Source: Nemertoderma westbladi
Lineage: Eukaryota; Animalia; Xenacoelomorpha
Assembly (NCBI GenBank): GCA_032718475.1
Contig: JAUCBJ010001100.1
Location: 15,607 to 79,606, forward strand
DNA: 64,000 nucleotides
Reading direction: 5' to 3'
Position 1 is the first letter of the stretch; every line of letters begins with the position of its first letter. A program made the position numbers and the translations under genes. Shown piece by piece: positions 53,584 through 64,000 of the stretch. Below the pieces are notes generated by a model. It was given only the letters and a program-made list of their open reading frames with translations. It did no database searches and was not told the origin of the DNA.

Positions 53584-55277
53584 TTAGGTAGGTCGAAACG
53601 TCATTGGGTAAGCGTAGTGTGTAACGGGTTTAGGTGTCGACGGTGGACTCACCTGTTTAGTCGTCAGTAGTGCAGGTCCAGTCAACAAACTACTACGATC
53701 TGTAATCGGCGGGTTACTTACCTTGACTTTCGGAATAGGCGACGACGTTGCTCTTGGCGATGTAAACTTGTCCGGAATAACAAACCTGTGTTCCGTCGCA
53801 CCATGGATAGGAGAAATATTACTACTACCAGCAATCGAAACAGGTTCCTTTGTCGTAACCGGTGCAAACATAGGAGTTACTTTAGGAAATCTTTGACATA
53901 AGTCTTTAACTAATTGTCGTTCTCGTCCAGGTGCTCCTATCGAACCTTCCTTCATTCGTTCCTGAATTTGGCGGTGCCTTACCTCTATCTGGTCTAAATC
54001 ATGTCCGTCTCGAGATCTCATCGATCGATCGCGGGCTTGTAGATCCAGATCTTCCTTGGCGTTGGCTAATTCTCTCGCCTTCTTCTCTAGTTCGAAACGA
54101 AGTTTAACTTCTTTCTCGCGTTGTTCCGTTTGTTGTTGTTGCGCCTCGAACTCTGCTTGTCGTATAGCTGACTGAGCCTTTATTTGCCGTGTTTTCATTT
54201 CGGTTCTCGCTTCTGAAGCTAACCTTTGTCGCTCTAACTCGGCCGCTGCTGTTCATTGCGCTAACTCGGCCGCTGCCGCTTGTTGTGCAATGTCCAACTC
54301 TAACCTTTCCACTTCGGCTGCTTCCAACTCAGCTTGTTCTTGCAGATGAGAAATTCTCGCAACATTGGCGACGCGTAGTTTCTCTTCCTCTACAGCTGCT
54401 TGTAACGTCAATAACTGAGTTTGTTCCTCGATTTCTCGCTGTAGAGCTGCTGTTGTCGAGCAATTTCTGACGTAGCCATACTCACCTCGCCAATTTCGCT
54501 GCGAATACTCACCAGTGATTGATTCAGTGTTCCCGGTGCCAGTTCGATTTGTGCGAGCGAAGTTTCCCTCGTAGCCTCCGGCACGGTTTCCCAATCTCCG
54601 ACGTCCTCGCCGCACATGCGTAAGTGATCTGTCAGGTGTTTCAATTGTCCATCTAGCCTATACAGTTCCTGTTCTTCCTCGGGTTGTAATAATTCGTCCG
54701 AAACTGACTCACCTAACAACTGGTCCGCTTGTTCCTGTTGTACCTGCCTAATCGTCGACTTAAACTGAATCAGTTTCTCTCTAGCGATCATTAGTTTCTC
54801 GAGGATTCTAAGTTGAGTGTCCATATCCTGTCTCTGTCTAGCTAGATCTTGTAGACCAATTAGGTTATCTACGGACTTATATACTTTACTCTGTACTCTC
54901 ACCTGTAGAGTGTAGAACTCGAACCGAGACATCGGAGCGGTTAACTCGTCTAATATGCGTTGGCCTTCTCCAATACTCCTGGTTATATGCGCCATGTAAC
55001 CGCCGACGCTTCTAACCACACTCTCCTGGCTTCCTACTGAACTTACCATGTCCGTTTCCCTATATCTAGGTTGCGGAACAGTTAGAAAGTCCTCGGTCCT
55101 GCCGTCGCCTCGTACTACGGCATCCAGTACTCCCTTTGGATGTACTGGTGACGCACACGGTGTAGGTTCGGTAGGCTCGCGAGTCTTCCCCTGTTGTTCT
55201 TCCGCTGCTGACTTATCCGCGTCACATGAGTCATAGTCGGTAGGTGTATTCTTCGTATAGTCTTGTTTGTCACTCAT
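53584..55277 (-). pseudogene. gag: Coiled-coil Gag N-terminal region, broken by a frameshift (~54460) and an in-frame TGA (54253-54255)
   Basis: ATG at 55277; Q/E/R/A-rich helical sequence. ORFs 54615-54253 and 54198-53584 share a frame and are separated only by one stop codon. Confidence 0.75.
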
Positions 55278-55359
55278 TTCGGTAGTTGTAAGTCAAGTAA
55301 AGTGAGTGTCAAAGTATCAAACTTACCGTTTTTTATCTAAACGGTACTAATTACAGTCA

Positions 55360-55490
55360 TATAAAATTAGCCTACCGGCCGATTTTATAGCAGATGGATA
55401 AAATTAGCCTAAACGGCCAATTTTACAGCAAATAAATGTCACGGAATAAGTATATAATAAAATTAGCCTAGCGGCCAATTTTATAACAAA
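55360..55490 (-). promoter_or_regulatory. Three repeated stem-loops in the 5' leader (ATAAAATTAGCC-loop-GGCCRATTTTA)
   Basis: Imperfect palindromes at ~55361, ~55398 and ~55456. Confidence 0.55.
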
Positions 55491-56097
55491 TAAATCGGAA
55501 TTTTATAACAAATAAATCGGATAACGATATGCGTTATCAAAAGGTAAATAAAATACAATAATACGGACTAATTCAGCAATGAACAAAGAAATCATACGGA
55601 ATGCATAAATACTTGAGACAGTGGAACCCACAATAATTTTAACTAATACGGTAATGCCTAACTTATTTATGCAACTTTTCGAACTCACCCACTCCAATAA
55701 TTCTCCAGAAAAACAGATTCCCAGATACAAACCGGACGTGAACCTTTCCGTTTTCAGCGTTGCGGACGAAGCGCGATTTTCCCAACCAAAGTTGTTGAGT
55801 TATCTATCTCCCAAACTTGCTAAACACGGTCTTGCTCCCGTTACAGTCTAGAAATGAGTTCTGAATCCTGAAAAACAAAAGAGTTAGGTTTTACTTTACG
55901 AAAAATTTTGTACCGGTACAATATGGTATTTAAACCCTTTTAAACACCGGTATTCAATTCCAAAAAATATTTTACACGCGGTTCAAATCAAATTTTATTT
56001 CAAAAAATTAGCACTTAGCTAATCAAATATAAATTTTTACCTCAAAATACAAAATTTTTAAATAACTTTAGTCCTACCGAACCGTAGTTCAGTAAAA

Positions 56098-56108
56098 CAC
56101 ATTCCTAC
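56098..56108 (-). promoter_or_regulatory. Candidate self-priming primer binding site GTAGGAATGTG
   Basis: Abuts the 5' LTR and is the exact reverse complement of LTR 57138-57148. No TGG tRNA-type PBS is present. Confidence 0.65.
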
Positions 56109-57870
56109 TATTCGGAAGAGACAGTAACAATACCTGCAATATCCTACTGTAAAGTTTGTGAATCAAATCATAAATCCGACCTTCTCACCAAAACAGTAAA
56201 CTCTAAGTAAGCGAATATATTGCAGTATCGATCTCTTATAACCGGTGAGGCAGAAAACAGTCTACGAGCAGACAAACTTCGATAAAACAAAATCCCGCGC
56301 AGCGAATCCTAAAATCAGGCTGACTCACTGACGGACTAAGAGGCTCGTATACTTTGCCGCGGTGTGATTTATATGGTTGGGCGAAAGGGACGCTAGCTAG
56401 GTACAGAGGCAGAGATTTGGAGATGTCTAACTAGCGGGCAAAGCACAGTACGGACAAAGTTAATTTTATATATTTTGAGGTGTAAATAATTTCTAACGCG
56501 CGTGTGTTAATTCTGAACGGTCAAAGCAGTTTTGCTCCTTCACATATATAATTACTGGGTACGGTGTGCATTTTACAAATATTCTAATTTTGTAACTTGT
56601 AGGTCCAATACTCACGAATGATAAGGTTCCTTCCCCTCTTGCGTATTTCCAGGACTCAAATTCAGGCATAAGGTTAATGCTACGCCCAGAATTCGGCAAT
56701 TTTAATTTACCAGGCCCCTAATACTAAGAAGAAATGTGTTAGTTTACTACTGTAGGCGTACAGTTACAAATAGCTATCCTGGCGTCCTATCTAGAATTTT
56801 AGTCACCTAGGTAGGCTGGGTAACTTCCTATCAAGACGTTGGCGGGGACACGGTAGATGTTAGTATATCCCTAATAGCCTCGATTTATTTGCGCCTAGTT
56901 GTAAACTGCCCTACCGCCTGAACGGTACAATCCTAACTCAGGTGAAACACAGCAACCCTCCTAGCCTACAAGTTCTAATGCAATGGACACCGTTGCACTA
57001 CAAATAGTCACAGACGCACCTGTACTTAGCAAGAGTTAGGCGTACAGTTTGCTGCACCCTACCAATGTGTATGCTTTGTACCGGTGTGACCACGTCCTAT
57101 CTGCGTACTAGTATCTCTGCCTGCTCTCTCCCCCCCCGTAGGAATGTGAAGGTCTACTGTGGTTTTTTCCTGAATCAAGACAGTACAGTCCCTAAGATGT
57201 AATTTTAGGCTTACAGCGTGTCACTACTTCTACCTTTTGATCTTTGGTCTTACGCTTAGGTAGCAAGGCGTCGAACGCTGTCTAACCTTTCAGGCGATGG
57301 GCGAATAACTGAGGTGGTATTGCGGGTTGTCTCCTGTCTACATTCCCGTGATGTTCCCGTTCATTGCTGCGGCCCGATCTCTAGCCGGCCATCCTGTTCT
57401 TAAGTTTGTTCACCGTAGTGAATCATGGTAAAACAGATAGAAAAGGCTGGTAGCGGTATTTCTGAATTTATTGCAGATAATAATACAAATATAATCTGAA
57501 AACTAATGACAGAATAAACAAATATCAGATAACTCAGAGAGATAGATTATGGTATATAACTAATGAACAAATCGCACCTTTATATAGCAAATTTGTGCTG
57601 CAATCAATCGAGAAAATTCTCGATTGTTCTATAGGTTCTAACATGTTTTTAAAGATAGCTATTGGTCCAGCTAATATATAACTTGCACGACATTGGTTAC
57701 AATCAAATAACTACAGTCTCATTGGTTAATCTAGGTACAAACAAATGCAATTTAATCTGTAGCGGTTAATTTAAATGAGTTGAAATTCTGCACAAAAAAT
57801 AATTCGCACTTACTAGGATTCGAACTCACCTACTACATATATAATTTCCAACGCTCTACCAACTGAGCTA

Positions 57871-59860
57871 GGGCTGGGGCAAAACAGACTGTAAACAAGG
57901 GGGGAAAAGAATTACGCGGAAAAATGACCAGAGAGGGAGGAAAAACGCAGAGAGAAAGGAAAAACGCAATAATGTATTTTTCTACCATACATATTTTTAT
58001 TAGAATTATTATACTTTGTAAATATTGAAACATCAATATTAATATTATACAGTATGAGAACATGTAAAATACATATAGAGCATTGTACATTATACAGTAA
58101 CTTATACAAATTTAACTTATTCAACAAATAATATATTATCCTTTACGTCTAACTATCAACGTAGGCTATTCGACCCCTAAAGGTCTGTTTACACGTGGAA
58201 ACTTTTAGATCAACTTTCTCGGCAAACTAGCAACTTTTTTTGGAGCAACTTAATTTAATCGCTGGTTACACGTGGCAACTTTACCAGCAACTTGGCCGGC
58301 AACTTTTAGAGCAACTTGGCGAGTTTAACTGTAAAATAGTGGGTCATTTTATCTACTAGCTAGTTTTTGATAATTACATCTGATTATCCCGCTTTAATTC
58401 CCCAACGCAAATTCCTTCAAGTTGCCGTAAAAGTTGAGCAAATTTTACAGCATTTTTTTTCAGCAACTTACGTGTTTACACGGAGCAACTTGATCGGCAA
58501 CCTGGTTTGCTCTAAAAGTTGCCGAGAAAGTTGCTCTAAAAGTTGCCACGCGTAAACAGGCCTTAAGGCAAGGATATGCGCATTGCTCATCTCAAAGATA
58601 CATTAGTTTTCCAATAATTTCCAAACACTAATAATTATTTTTCAGGGCCAACGATATGGAACTCTGATTCCTTTGCTGACGTAAAACATAAAAAATCTAA
58701 AATATAGTACCCTTTTCGAAATAGGTCACCTTCTAAAATATTAAATTAAAGTACACTGTAAACAATCAATAAAACATAGATCTTACCAATTTTCCATAAC
58801 CTTTTCTATCCAATATTTTATGTATTTCCTATCTCGACTCATTTAGTTTAGTTTTATATACCTGGATCAGCATCGGAACTCCAGTGAAACAATTGATTGC
58901 GCTGGAGATTAACTTAGGATAATTAATTATTTCCCTATCAACAACAACAGTAACAATCTCACACCTCACAATTCACATAATAGTAATATCCCCCCCCCCT
59001 TTTTTTTTGCAAGCACTGCACACCTACCTACCTACCTACCTACACTACATACCTACCTGCCCGGCACTCCCAGACAATACATTGGGCTATAATACTAGCC
59101 ACACCATTGTCCAAAGTATTATTGTAACTTAACTTTTAATATTGCAATTATACAATATACTGTATATCTTACTCTATATGTGCAATGTGAGTATCGGATT
59201 ACCAAATAAACAATAAATTTTAAACAATTGTCTATTTTAGTCTAAAATTCGCAACTGTTCGGTGGTCCACCCACACGATCAACACCATGTAGTACAAAAA
59301 CCTAGGCCTACGACTACATGCTCTAAAACCCCCAAAAATGACCCCCCCCCCCCCCCCCCCTCCGCTAAATGGCAGGTCTCCTTTGCTAATTGCCGTATAC
59401 AAACACGGTACTCGTGGATGCCTGGGAACTCATGACACATTATTGAAAGTTTATTATTTACTCATAAGTCTAGAAAACTAGATAATACATTTGTAATATG
59501 ATAATTTATTTGTCAATATAACACGATTAACTGATACTCGTTTAATTAAACGTAAACCTTTGATGAAATTAAAAAATTCCTTCCAAATCCTTGCCTGTAA
59601 TCAATAATTAATTAAAAGTTTAGTTGTTTTGTTGGGTTAACTTAGCAGCCTATCCCAGTACATGATTTCCCATCTCCTCAACCAGGGGAACTACTATATA
59701 GTTTAAACTATGTAAGCTATTTATAACAGCCAATAGAAAGCCGGGTTTTTCCTACCATCCACCTAAGCAAGCTACTCCCTTCCTCACCTCCACGCTACTC
59801 GCGACCTTAGCTCTAGCCTACTCTCAACCTTAGATTTACCACAGTCCTTAGGTATTCTGC
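57871..59860. mobile_element. Non-coding, TIR-less 1990-bp element, unit 1, inserted in the tRNA A-box (Dada-like)
   Basis: Flanked by CTGAGCTA at 57863-57870 and 59861-59868. The empty site is visible at 41292-41299. Confidence 0.85.
58181..58563. mobile_element. PIF/Harbinger-type MITE (383 bp) nested in unit 1
   Basis: TIRs AGGTCTGTTTACACG / CGCGTAAACAGGCCT, TAA TSD, and internal GCAACTT repeats in inverted halves. Confidence 0.88.
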
Positions 59861-59868
59861 CTGAGCTA

Positions 59869-61857
59869 GGGCTGGGGCAAAACAGACTGTAAACAAGGGG
59901 GGAAAAGAATTACGCGGAAAAATGACCAGAGAGGGAGGAAAAACGCAGAGAGAAAGGAAAAACGCAATAATGTATTTTTCTACCATACATATTTTTATTA
60001 GAATTATTATACTTTGTAAATATTGAAACATCAATATTAATATTATACAGTATGAGAACATGTAAAATACATATAGAGCATTGTACATTATACAGTAACT
60101 TATACAAATTTAACTTATTCAACAAATAATATATTATCCTTTACGTCTAACTATCAACGTAGGCTATTCGACCCCTAAAGGTCTGTTTACACGTGGAAAC
60201 TTTTAGATCAACTTTCTCGGCAAACTAGCAACTTTTTTTGGAGCAACTTAATTTAATCGCTGGTTACACGTGGCAACTTTACCAGCAACTTGGCCGGCAA
60301 CTTTTAGAGCAACTTGGCGAGTTTAACTGTAAAATAGTGGGTCATTTTATCTACTAGCTAGTTTTTGATAATTACATCTGATTATCCCGCTTTAATTCCC
60401 CAACGCAAATTCCTTCAAGTTGCCGTAAAAGTTGAGCAAATTTTACAGCATTTTTTTTCAGCAACTTACGTGTTTACACGGAGCAACTTGATCGGCAACC
60501 TGGTTTGCTCTAAAAGTTGCCGAGAAAGTTGCTCTAAAAGTTGCCACGCGTAAACAGGCCTTAAGGCAAGGATATGCGCATTGCTCATCTCAAAGATACA
60601 TTAGTTTTCCAATAATTTCCAAACACTAATAATTATTTTTCAGGGCCAACGATATGGAACTCTGATTCCTTTGCTGACGTAAAACATAAAAAATCTAAAA
60701 TATAGTACCCTTTTCGAAATAGGTCACCTTCTAAAATATTAAATTAAAGTACACTGTAAACAATCAATAAAACATAGATCTTACCAATTTTCCATAACCT
60801 TTTCTATCCAATATTTTATGTATTTCCTATCTCGACTCATTTAGTTTAGTTTTATATACCTGGATCAGCATCGGAACTCCAGTGAAACAATTGATTGCGC
60901 TGGAGATTAACTTAGGATAATTAATTATTTCCCTATCAACAACAACAGTAACAATCTCACACCTCACAATTCACATAATAGTAATATCCCCCCCCCCTTT
61001 TTTTTTGCAAGCACTGCACACCTACCTACCTACCTACCTACACTACATACCTACCTGCCCGGCACTCCCAGACAATACATTGGGCTATAATACTAGCCAC
61101 ACCATTGTCCAAAGTATTATTGTAACTTAACTTTTAATATTGCAATTATACAATATACTGTATATCTTACTCTATATGTGCAATGTGAGTATCGGATTAC
61201 CAAATAAACAATAAATTTTAAACAATTGTCTATTTTAGTCTAAAATTCGCAACTGTTCGGTGGTCCACCCACACGATCAACACCATGTAGTACAAAAACC
61301 TAGGCCTACGACTACATGCTCTAAAACCCCCAAAAATGACCCCCCCCCCCCCCCCCCTCCGCTAAATGGCAGGTCTCCTTTGCTAATTGCCGTATACAAA
61401 CACGGTACTCGTGGATGCCTGGGAACTCATGACACATTATTGAAAGTTTATTATTTACTCATAAGTCTAGAAAACTAGATAATACATTTGTAATATGATA
61501 ATTTATTTGTCAATATAACACGATTAACTGATACTCGTTTAATTAAACGTAAACCTTTGATGAAATTAAAAAATTCCTTCCAAATCCTTGCCTGTAATCA
61601 ATAATTAATTAAAAGTTTAGTTGTTTTGTTGGGTTAACTTAGCAGCCTATCCCAGTACATGATTTCCCATCTCCTCAACCAGGGGAACTACTATATAGTT
61701 TAAACTATGTAAGCTATTTATAACAGCCAATAGAAAGCCGGGTTTTTCCTACCATCCACCTAAGCAAGCTACTCCCTTCCTCACCTCCACGCTACTCGCG
61801 ACCTTAGCTCTAGCCTACTCTCAACCTTAGATTTACCACAGTCCTTAGGTATTCTGC
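59869..61857. mobile_element. Same element, unit 2 (1989 bp)
   Basis: Appears identical to unit 1 except for a poly-C length; followed by CTGAGCTA at 61858-61865. Confidence 0.85.
60179..60561. mobile_element. PIF/Harbinger-type MITE nested in unit 2
   Basis: Same sequence and TAA TSD as 58181-58563. Confidence 0.88.
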
Positions 61858-64000
61858 CTGAGCTACTGAACCACTTGAATAATAGGCGTACAAATAGAAA
61901 TAGCAATACAAATGAGGACTCAATGCAATCTTTTACAAAGTTAATTCGAATAAAATAAAATTTTGAAAATCCACGGCATTTAGGGAATATAATTCTATAA
62001 CATATGTATAGTGTTACAAAGGAGAAAGACCGTGAGTGCAATACAAAAGACCGCAACAACTTACATTTATGGAAAAAACCGTAAGTCAACTAACTGTTTT
62101 TTGTCATCGCATAGATAATAAGAAAACGCACATACGGTTTTACTGAAATTTGTGTCTTTTGACTTGCGGTTTTTTATCATTGCATATATAATAAGAAAAC
62201 GAATATACGGTTTTACTGAAATTTGTGTCTTGACTTGCGGTTTTTTACTATTTGCAGAAAAGGCGCGAAATTCAAAATTGAAATTTCACCAAGTGACTTG
62301 CGGTGTTTTATCATCATATGGCTCTATGGCTACGGAACAAGCTGCCGACTAGTGAATAGACATTGCACTTACGCCCTCGCGTCAAAATATCAGATAATTG
62401 TTGTTTCTTTATTTCACCTAGAGCATAATTTAATGGGATTTCAAATATGAAAATGGCTTGGCGAGATCTGTTTGTATGTATTTTCATAAATTACCTGAAG
62501 AAGCCCTGATGGGAGAAACCTTGTAATAACTGTTGTTATTAATTCCATTAGTCAGCTGAGGTCAACCCGCCCTACCATAGCTAAGAGTAAGAACCCGTTC
62601 ATAAGTGCCTTAAGCGAGATCAAAATTTAAAAAAGTCACTGTTAAGTCCAGCCACAGGATGACCAATTAATAGTCAAAGAGACTAGATTTTATCGAACAT
62701 AAAAATGACATTGGATATGAAATCACGGACCACGAAAACCACCATAATGAAAATTATAGCTCTGTGGTGTACTTCCTTCATGCCACACGGACGCATTATT
62801 AACCAACCAGACCACATACGGGCAGTTTGGTGTGGCAATGTTTAAACTTTAAAGGCAATTTTCTCGGAATGAAAGTTTTTCACTTGAACCACTACTCCTC
62901 TTTAACCGTTTTTTGTAATTTTCGCTTCATATGACAGGTAATTTAATTAATTTCGTCAAATTTTTTTTATTTCATAATATTTCCCCGTTCCCAAGTTTTT
63001 TTGTTTATGCAACCACATTGAGTTTTTTACAAATTTAAAACCGCAGGTGGGGTTGCCCCAATTTGTTGCCCCAATTTGTGCATTAAATTTATACAATGCA
63101 AAAACACCGCAACTGACAGACTTGCGTGTTTTGTTATTGTGACCTTTGTTTTTGCATTGTATCGAATGTATTTACATGCAGGTTGTACAATGCAAAAAAC
63201 ACCTAAGTACAAAAAATAACCCTGAAGTCAAAATATTAATGGAAAGTGCAAAAAATAATCCCGTAGAAAAATTTCCCACCCCCAATTGCGACGGGTTATA
63301 AAAAAATATTAATTCACGGACATTTTAAACCAACAATCTGAAGGAAAACAGTAATTTGCGTTTTACTCGAAATTACTTTTTGTCACTTGCGGTCTTTTTA
63401 CATTGCACGGCAGTGCTGTCTATTGCTTAAATATTTTGAAAGCAATGTTTTTATGGCAGATACACATACAGTATTTGCTAATTTTGTTTAACTGTCCTGT
63501 TGCAATTGTTTTTATAAATGCTCCCAGTGTGTGCAAGGTGGAAACACAAATTCATAACCAGGTGCTCAGATTCGTAGCCAAGCTACAATTAATATTCCAG
63601 ATTTGACAAGTCCGAAAATAACTCGAATGGAACCTTAAACTCTCAACTGTATATTTGCAGTGAGAGATAATATTGTCTTTAAGTTGGTTATAGAGATAGA
63701 TTCATCAGACTCAGGAACACAATGATAGTCATAATATGGGAAAGTGAAATCACTGTTAAAGTTGTGTTTCAAGAGCGTTGACTGCGACATCATCAGTTAT
63801 GCCAATTACCAGGGGATTCATCTTTGTGTTTTGAGTTGAGGGAATTGAACTCTACCAAACCCAATGTCGGATTTCATTGTAGATTCTGATATCACATCTA
63901 TCTCCAACTCCCGCAATCCTGGAGACATTAAGAGAAACCATCGTAATTGTTCGCGCTTTCAGACCTTTGGCAGTTTAACCCACCAAATTAAGATGTCTTC

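Larger units (their letters stand above)
39535..61999 (-). mobile_element. Full-length BEL/Pao LTR retrotransposon, a young and defective copy
   Basis: Paired LTRs, 5-bp TSD ACATA (39530-39534 and 62000-62004), domain order gag-PR-RT-RH-IN, and BEL-type motifs. Confidence 0.96.
56109..61999 (-). repeat. 5' LTR, interrupted by a ~4-kb tandem insertion
   Basis: LTR sequence stops at 57870 and resumes at 61866, exactly as in the uninterrupted 3' LTR. Confidence 0.95.
39365..63418. mobile_element. TIR DNA element (~1.6 kb when empty) hosting the LTR retrotransposon
   Basis: ~35-bp imperfect TIRs CAG..CTGCCGTGCAAT.TAAAAAGACCGCAAGT (39365-39399 and 63384-63418). ACCGCAAGTC motifs occur on both sides of the insertion. 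No matching TSD was found. Confidence 0.6.

Noticed and set aside
56069-56085. tRNA-Tyr-type PBS (TAGTCCTACCGAACCG resembles TGGTCCTTCGAACCGG)
   Set aside because: It is on the wrong strand for a minus-strand element, mismatched, and not adjacent to the LTR.
57833-62089. Small ORFs in the 2-kb units and LTRs as a transposase or accessory genes
   Set aside because: They are short, AT-biased and motif-free, and some cross element junctions.
63690-64000. Coding-like composition at the window end
   Set aside because: No sustained frame or recognisable motif within the window.

Overview
Repeat-dense eukaryotic DNA, probably from an invertebrate animal. Bases 1-21390 are a 23/27-bp satellite. Bases 21.4-39.5 kb hold a tRNA-derived SINE, local duplications, the last three spliced exons of a host gene with a Ser/Thr-rich tail, RTE-type LINE fragments, nested MITEs and a 61-bp satellite. 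Bases 39535-61999 are a young, full-length but frameshifted BEL/Pao LTR retrotransposon on the minus strand (TSD ACATA). It is atypical in several ways. Its LTRs are 1.9 kb and end TA..TA. It has no tRNA PBS; the 11 nt abutting the 5' LTR are instead perfectly complementary to a site inside the LTR, which is Tf1-like self-priming geometry. It carries a tRNA-like Pol III cassette in U3, an extra zinc-knuckle ORF where env would sit, and a 17-bp motif dispersed across reading frames. The A-box of the tRNA-like cassette in the 5' LTR holds a head-to-tail dimer of a 2-kb TIR-less element with 8-bp CTGAGCTA junctions (Dada-like), and each unit carries a Harbinger-type MITE. All calls were made by eye; no database searches were run.
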